NCBI GenBank assembly: GCA_005191425.1
Contig: SUPR01000035.1
Location: 1-32,000 of the forward strand
Direction of reading: 5' to 3'
Length of the DNA stretch: 32,000 bases
Source: Candidatus Helarchaeota ASGARD archaeon Hel_GB_B
Lineage (GTDB): Archaea > Asgardarchaeota > Lokiarchaeia > Helarchaeales > HEL-GB-B
The translations under genes and the position numbers were made by a program. Each line of letters opens with the position of its first letter. The stretch's first letter is position 1. The notes beneath the pieces were generated by a model. That model ran no database searches. It worked only from the letters and a program-made list of their open reading frames with translations, and was not told the origin of the DNA. Positions 27,001 through 32,000 of the stretch are shown here, piece after piece.

Positions 27001-28957
27001 TGGTAATATCCAAAACGTTTCTGTATGGGCAAATGAAACCATTAATTTCAATTTAAAGAATACTGGACTTTACAATTTTACGATCGATCATATTAGGATA
27101 AATAATTTAATCTGGGATAATTATATAACGCCGAATCCTCACAATATGTTTTTAGCTAAAGGAGATATTCAAAGTTTTGAGTTTAAAGTGACACATGATA
27201 TTTGGAATTTAAACGATTCAAATATAGTAAAAATAAATGTCTCAATAAATTTACCGGTAAATATGACGATTGACGAAGAATCCGCGAAATTATATGGTGA
27301 GTATAAAGTTGTTAATGATTGGATTAATTATAATCTAGCGGTACAGACTAAAAAAGCATATTCTAATGAATCAATATTAGTAAATGTGACGAATTGGGGT
27401 TTGAAAACAATAGAAATTTCCGATTTTAAGGTATCAACAAATTCAACGTCCAATTGGATTGAGACCACAAATTTTACGCGAGTCCCCAATGGGCCAAATG
27501 AACTAGGAGTAAATGAATCTGCTCTATTCTTGATAAAATCTAATTTAAATTTAAATTATAGCGATTTAGTAAAAGTAAAGGTAGAAACATTTGAAGGTGC
27601 TTGGAATGAAACAAAACAGTTAGAATTTACGAGGCGGTGCGGAAATATTACTATTAGTTGGACTAAGGCATATCAAAATAATGATACAGTATTTGTCAAT
27701 TTAACAAATACTGGTGATATAAATATAACAATTAAAAATATCTATTTTAACGGTAATTTATCTGCCAGCTTTATACCGATTGATGTCAAATATAATGAAC
27801 TATCCATGTCTCACTGCACAATAATGCCTGGGCAATACCAGTTATTTAAAGCGAAAATCGAATCGAGTCAAATGTCATCAATAGTCCCAGGAGGTACTCT
27901 TATATTAAACGCTACAACATGGGAAGGTGCAACTGATGCAAAACAAGTAACATGGGAATATAACGTCTGGTTTAAGAAAATTTATGCATATTTAAACGAT
28001 ACTATAAAATTAGTAGTCCAAAATATAGGGGCACAAAAAGTAACAATAAATAACTTTTATGTTAATAGCTCATTGTGCAATTGGACATTAATATCGGGAA
28101 GTTTAACTTTAGATGTTAATGATAAAGCCTCGTTCTTATTGAATACTACTTATTTGGTGAACAGTTCGATTGACTTACAATTTAGCGATTTAATAAATGT
28201 GACTGTAGTTGCTAATTATACGTCCAATTTAGATAATATTAGTTTTACTTATAACAATTTATTTGTTTTAGATACTGATTATAATATAACAATTCTTCAA
28301 TATTGGCCTAATACATATGCATTTGACAATGGTACTTTAACAGACGCTAATGACACAGTGTGTGTATCTATAATGAATACAGGAGCTTATAACATAACAA
28401 TTTCTAATATTACAGTTAATGGTATCTTGCGAAACTTTTTGATAATTAGTAATTCGCCTTATAATTTTACAATCAAGCCGTATCAAATTTTAATGGTAAG
28501 GAATTCGACTAACTTAGGGATTGACTTAAATGCGACAGAGAAAATTAAAATAAATGTTTCGACAAATGCAACGGTAGGTACAAAATTAATTTGGGACAAT
28601 ATTTCTGTAATTGTATGTTATACTCATTTCAACACGACATTATTGTATAAAAATAATGAATCTGTGGTGGTCAATGGGACTGTTGATACTTTATATTTAA
28701 ATCTCACAAATTTTGGCAATGAATCATTAACATTGAGCCAAGGAAGTATACTTATAAATAATTCAGTGGACTTTATGTATTATTATGGCCAGCAAGCAGG
28801 GATTTCAACTATTGTATTGAGACCTGGTGAAAATATAAAAATTAGTATTATAATTACGAACTTGGGACCATTCACTTATCCATTACCAGAACCCGGCGAT
28901 AAGGTAAAAGTCAATTTAAGCTGGAAGACAGGTGATATCTATCTTAATGTAATATAA
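24035..28957 (+). CDS. aglB: Oligosaccharyltransferase catalytic subunit AglB/STT3 with a long C-terminal repeat extension
   Basis: IHALDP, FFDNE, SVAEH, IRLQLLLAP, WWDYG (25637), DDNATSN and DDGKWQWMLRIA motifs. Multi-TM N-terminal half, then about 870 extra residues. Confidence 0.95.
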   Translation: MSVFERMKRSLSKVFHKPTITIDKTNILLYITLILVFIISLIIRLMPLFYTDAEIHALDPFVQYRSARYILNNGFFSFMNWYDDQSWYPYGKYMGGSIFPGTPLSGITTFYFLNFIGIPVSFLEACAVTPAIMGAVTCLMMYFLGKVLANKKVGLMAAFFMMVLPGHIQRSYCGFFDNEALGILAIVATLTFFVHSLKKGSIFTGILAGISLGVLSSTWGSWNYMYALLSLTAFLLVLINKYSTRLLVSFGLTVGIGWIMCTVVPRNGLDAFTGSYALISLSILALLFFIELWGRFKRSNFYFFKNISEMFNWKRVLIYSGVAILTIVIIFVSTGILQYILTAFVNTSFFKGLGNRVIAIINPLYVSQATRSVAEHIPSAWGVYYFNFSFFLLLMPVGIFFLFKRFREEDVLMILFGVTMVYFSSSYIRLQLLLAPAISIIGAFGLVFLFRPFSLIFKEKFIIGRRKKRLSKIVGKEIGFGVMAFFIWMLLYPTMHGIWNGYANIGRTPGMPDDMKEGYTWMRTVLPQGTVVMSWWDYGYRITTMGEKVTVDDNATSNSTQMGMVGRMFMSTDETTAVEICRKYNVSYVMVRWGYYQSYLAGDDGKWQWMLRIASQTLKNTKYKINVSSIWSEDEYKVTGNFFKTILWKMLITNEPYIDATKTYSTAQGGSISGADIINSKGGFYKPLWTRLANPNNNEQFKTVEGHNWDYYNPIPMGTKTSLPLDASTTIVDVDTFPGDGDSNDMLKFFDTAFFSKYRLMKVYRVNYDKADLRFDISDLRLYNNSIAYIRINNTGKRIFDIDSIKINSMEPTYKFKIGGNGTADLKNIYPGKFIDIRASEFSTIEYNQSYDVEIVIKDSSISSNTLTKTEEINAEKALNYNMSVPESKVYLFSNNTIGFIVKNTGEDYFRLHGLTLDSYVASGFISNATSIVVAPGETQKIYIDSTSMSPSLNLNLGDFYNKMTITTDTPSNLSVEIDNLTVISGSYCGNIQNVSVWANETINFNLKNTGLYNFTIDHIRINNLIWDNYITPNPHNMFLAKGDIQSFEFKVTHDIWNLNDSNIVKINVSINLPVNMTIDEESAKLYGEYKVVNDWINYNLAVQTKKAYSNESILVNVTNWGLKTIEISDFKVSTNSTSNWIETTNFTRVPNGPNELGVNESALFLIKSNLNLNYSDLVKVKVETFEGAWNETKQLEFTRRCGNITISWTKAYQNNDTVFVNLTNTGDINITIKNIYFNGNLSASFIPIDVKYNELSMSHCTIMPGQYQLFKAKIESSQMSSIVPGGTLILNATTWEGATDAKQVTWEYNVWFKKIYAYLNDTIKLVVQNIGAQKVTINNFYVNSSLCNWTLISGSLTLDVNDKASFLLNTTYLVNSSIDLQFSDLINVTVVANYTSNLDNISFTYNNLFVLDTDYNITILQYWPNTYAFDNGTLTDANDTVCVSIMNTGAYNITISNITVNGILRNFLIISNSPYNFTIKPYQILMVRNSTNLGIDLNATEKIKINVSTNATVGTKLIWDNISVIVCYTHFNTTLLYKNNESVVVNGTVDTLYLNLTNFGNESLTLSQGSILINNSVDFMYYYGQQAGISTIVLRPGENIKISIIITNLGPFTYPLPEPGDKVKVNLSWKTGDIYLNVI
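26360..28954 (+). repeat. Eight tandem ~105-118-aa Ig/CARDB-like protein repeats in the AglB C-terminus
   Basis: N-[TWIF]-G cores at 26414, 26744, 27059, 27392, 27707, 28022, 28376 and 28709, each in the pattern N(N/E/D)(S/T)hxhxhxNxGxxxhxhxxhxhN. Confidence 0.8.
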
Positions 28958-28960
28958 AAA

Positions 28961-28973
28961 ATTCATTTTTTTT
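28961..28973 (+). terminator. T-tract terminator after aglB
   Basis: ATTCA followed by T8 (28966-28973), 3 nt after the stop codon. Confidence 0.45.
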
Positions 28974-29131
28974 AATAAATACAAAAATTTAACTCACAAA
29001 TAAAATACAAATTAAACTAAAGATATAGTCTAATTCGGGTTAAGTAACAAATATAAATAGCAGAAAATGAAGTAAATCAGATAAAAGAATAATAAATAGT
29101 ATTTGACATTAAATTAATTGCGTAATAATAG

Positions 29132-29587
29132 TTATGAAATATCAAGATTGTAAAATTTTTTTAAAAGTTTTTTAATTGTTGTCATAGCATTTTTTGCGAT
29201 TTGGATGGCTTGTTCAGCATCTCTTTTTTTATAGAACTCAAGAGGTGAAATTACTCGTCTTGAGCGTAATCTAACATATCTAGTAAATGAATACTGCTCC
29301 ATCAACCAATCTGTTTCCTTAATCATCTCTCTTAATTCATTTATTGTATCATTATTGACTCGCGTTATTATTTCTGAAATAAATAGGCTTGTAGGGTCAT
29401 GGTCATAGATTTGCGTTAGACCTTCTAATGCGAGTGCCGATTTCATTATTTTCTCCACGCATTGTTGGGAATCAAATACCGCTTTATGAAATCTGGACTC
29501 CCTCAGCTGCATTTCGGCAGATTTTAAATCTGATTCAGCTTCTTTTACTAATTTTATGGCAAAATCTTTTAATAATTCTGATGTCAA
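29132..29587 (-). CDS. HEPN domain protein
   Basis: AESDLKSAE, KAVFDSQQCVEKIMKSAL, HDP and TRY motifs; lies directly downstream of an MNT gene. Confidence 0.88.
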   Translation of the reverse strand: MTSELLKDFAIKLVKEAESDLKSAEMQLRESRFHKAVFDSQQCVEKIMKSALALEGLTQIYDHDPTSLFISEIITRVNNDTINELREMIKETDWLMEQYSFTRYVRLRSRRVISPLEFYKKRDAEQAIQIAKNAMTTIKKLLKKFYNLDIS

Positions 29588-29592
29588 TAATA

Positions 29593-30072
29593 TTACCTCT
29601 GAATAAAAATTCCTGATCTTGGATATATCTTCAATTTCCCTGATTCAACTGCTCTAGTAATATAATCATGGCTTTCATCCACCAATTCCTCTCCAAAAAT
29701 TATGTAATAACCAAGATATACGCCCAAATTAAATGGAAATAAATTTTCACACCCGAATTTAAAATCGTCCTCTGAAATTACATATGGGTCTATTTTTACA
29801 GAATATTTCCTCGATAATTCTCTACAAATAGTAAAAATAATTTCATTTAAATTTCTGTCCTCATAATTCAATATTATTAATAAGTCTAAATCACTGTCTG
29901 GATAATTTTCACCACGAATTCTAGAACCATATAATACAAGCGCTTTTAAATTCTCTCTTAATTTTAATTTTATTTCGGCATAAATGTCCTTACTAATTTT
30001 TCTCAAAAATGGATCTAAAAGGTGTCTTTTAAATGTCCTATTATTCCTAATTTTTTTCATAATTAGTACCAA
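29593..30072 (-). CDS. Minimal nucleotidyltransferase (MNT), partner of the HEPN gene
   Basis: GS-X10-DXD motif (LYGSRIRGENYPDSDLDLLII); 5-nt gap to HEPN. The start may be ATG at 30060. Confidence 0.88.
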   Translation of the reverse strand: MVLIMKKIRNNRTFKRHLLDPFLRKISKDIYAEIKLKLRENLKALVLYGSRIRGENYPDSDLDLLIILNYEDRNLNEIIFTICRELSRKYSVKIDPYVISEDDFKFGCENLFPFNLGVYLGYYIIFGEELVDESHDYITRAVESGKLKIYPRSGIFIQR

Positions 30073-30549
30073 TTATTATCTAATTCCTAATTCTCGTCAT
30101 AACATAATTATTAAAAAAGGTTTTGTCTTTTTACTTTTAAAAAAATGCTATTGTTGTCGAAAAATTCATTAATTCCTTAGTGTCCCGGATTGATTAAAGA
30201 TATAGGGATAATGAGTCCATCATTATTTTCTCTTTTAAATAATAATCGAATTAAAGAAGAAAAAAAGAAAAAAGAATTATGTGTAAAGGATCAAATAATT
30301 GTAAAAAATAAATTAAAAGGTGTTAATTTATTCTTTTAGATTTTATAATAAACAAATTATTTTTTTGTAAGAAGTTGGAGAATTAGAAGTTTTGTAGTTA
30401 ATTTTATTACATAAATTGATTTTCTTGTCCAATTTTTAATTATAGATGAATCTGGCAAATTTAGTGGATAAATTATTTAAATCTAATTACATTTTTTTTT
30501 AAACCAAAATTTAGTAATTAAACAAATCGATTAAAAATAAGGCGGTTCT

Positions 30550-31963
30550 ATGAAAACTGGAACAAAAAGTTTTGTTTATTTACTAATATTAGTGGCTATA
30601 TTAATCATACCCATGGTTTTTGTGATTTTTGGGAATACTGCGATCTTTATATCACCATATTCCAGCAATGATATAGACATCAGGATATCAGCTAATACCT
30701 ATCAATATACAAAAATTTGGAATAAAAAATGGGATCCGGGTTCTTTGGAAGATAGAAGTGCTGATATAGCAATAGACTCAAATGGCAATATCTATATTTG
30801 CGGGTTCATAAATAGCTTTGGAAATGGAAGTAAAGATGTCGCGTTAGTAAAGTACGATCCAAGTGGTAATATTCAATGGTATAAGACATGAGGCGGTTCT
30901 AATGATGATGCGGCTAGAGGTATTGCTATTGATTCAAATGATAATATTTATGTCTGTGGATATACTGAAAGCTTTGGAGTTGGATATTCGGACTTCTTTA
31001 CATTGAAATATGGTTCTAGCGGTACATTAATTTGGGTAAAAACTTGGGGCGGACCAAGTTATGATTCTGCATCTGGAATTTGCATAGATTCGGCTAAAAA
31101 TGTCTATGTTTATGGTTCTACTTCTAGCTATGGATCTGGTGGATACGATATTGTTATAGTAAAATATGACCTGAATGGAAATAAATTGTGGAATACTACT
31201 TGGGGTTTAATAGGGAATGATTATGGTATGGACATAAAAATGGGAAAAAATGGATTTTTATATGGGTCTGGTTATACGGACAATGGAGGTAATCCTGATT
31301 TTGACTTAGTTGTTATTAAGTATAGCCCTAGTACAGGCATACCCATTCCACCTATTCAAATGTGGGGCGGTAGAAATAATGATAAACCGAGTAGAATCGC
31401 AATGGACAGTAATAATAATATATATATGTGGCGAAACTGACAGCTATAGTAATGGTAATAGCGATATTTTTTTAATAAAATATAACGCATCATTGACAAA
31501 AATTTGGAACACTTCTTGGGGCGGTACATCACAAGATTATGGAAAAGGTATCGGAATTGATTCAAAAGGATATATTCATGTTTCAGGAGCGACTTTAAGC
31601 TATGGTGTTAAATTTGAAGATGTTGCACTTCTTATGTTTAATTCCAGCGGAAATTTAATTACAAATACTACTTGGGGCGATGCTAATCTAAATAATGGAG
31701 AGAAATTAGCTATAGACTCATCTGACAATATATATGTTTGCGGTTGGACTATCCAGTACGGTACTTCTGATGGTGATTATGATTTAATTAAATTTAAAAT
31801 ATCTGTAATCACTATACCAATGACATCAGGAATTATTGTTCCTGGATTCGAGTTTATACCGATTATTCTCTGTGTCCTTCTATCTTTAGCTTGGTATTTT
31901 CCAATAAAACTAATAAAAAATAAAAAATTTCTTAAAAATTTGATTATAAAAAAATTTGATTAA
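30550..31963 (+). pseudogene. Disrupted secreted 7-repeat SBBP-type beta-propeller protein with a PGF/Loki-CTERM-like tail; ~471 aa when repaired
   Basis: Seven TWGG...IAIDSxxNIYxxG...D...KY repeats span three ORF-track pieces. TGA at 30889-30891 sits at the W of TWGG. The (AT)5 at 31418-31427 is 2 nt short of restoring DSNNNIYICG. The C-terminus is VPGFE, a TM segment and a Lys-rich tail. Confidence 0.85.
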
Positions 31964-32000
31964 TCCAATTCTCCCATTTTCACTGGATCTCCGCAATTAT

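Noticed and set aside
542-29616. Antisense or overlapping ORFs in the track (542..817, 1331..1585, 2270..2470, 4900..5145, 9772..9981, 14542..14868, 17106..17333, 19030..19464, 23084..23269, 25324..25527, 26335..26577, 29428..29616)
   Set aside because: They lie opposite well-supported genes and show no independent motifs; treated as shadow ORFs.
29984-30172. 62-aa plus-strand ORF ending in CYCC
   Set aside because: Antisense to the MNT start, and its composition is typical of non-coding AT-rich DNA.
12709-30891. In-frame TGA codons as selenocysteine
   Set aside because: The 30889 TGA aligns with Trp in sister repeats. Neither protein resembles a redox selenoprotein, both genes also carry frameshifts, and no SECIS-like hairpin was recognised.
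1-32000. CRISPR arrays, IS elements, integrases, rRNA and tRNA genes
   Set aside because: No regularly spaced nucleotide repeats, transposase or recombinase motifs, or structured RNA signatures were seen.

Overview
AT-rich archaeal genomic window, most likely from an Asgard archaeon (Loki/Hel-type). This rests on CarS, RadB, an archaeal TopA, an STT3 with eukaryote-like motifs, an OSTC/DC2-like protein and a PGF/Loki-CTERM-like sorting tail. Housekeeping genes: nadA, radB, carS, galK-like kinase, topA, mptE, gcvH, ATP-NAD kinase family, AIM24 family, nitrilase family, and a HEPN/MNT pair. Two cell-envelope systems stand out. (1) A MacB/LolCDE-type ABC permease and ATPase are translationally coupled to a ~1950-aa membrane protein. 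That protein has a large sequon-rich ectodomain (helical region, CBM-like module, 8-repeat FG-GAP-like propeller), a TM helix and a C-terminal tail with a winged-helix-like motif. (2) A 1640-aa AglB/STT3 oligosaccharyltransferase carries eight tandem ~110-aa Ig-like repeats with over 50 N-glycosylation sequons, and an OSTC/DC2-like subunit gene lies 8.5 kb away. Three accessory membrane/secreted genes are broken by nonsense codons plus frameshifts; two have TGA where Trp is expected or plausible, together with a simple-repeat slip. No rRNA, tRNA, CRISPR or transposase was seen. All family assignments come from motif recognition by eye; no database search was run.
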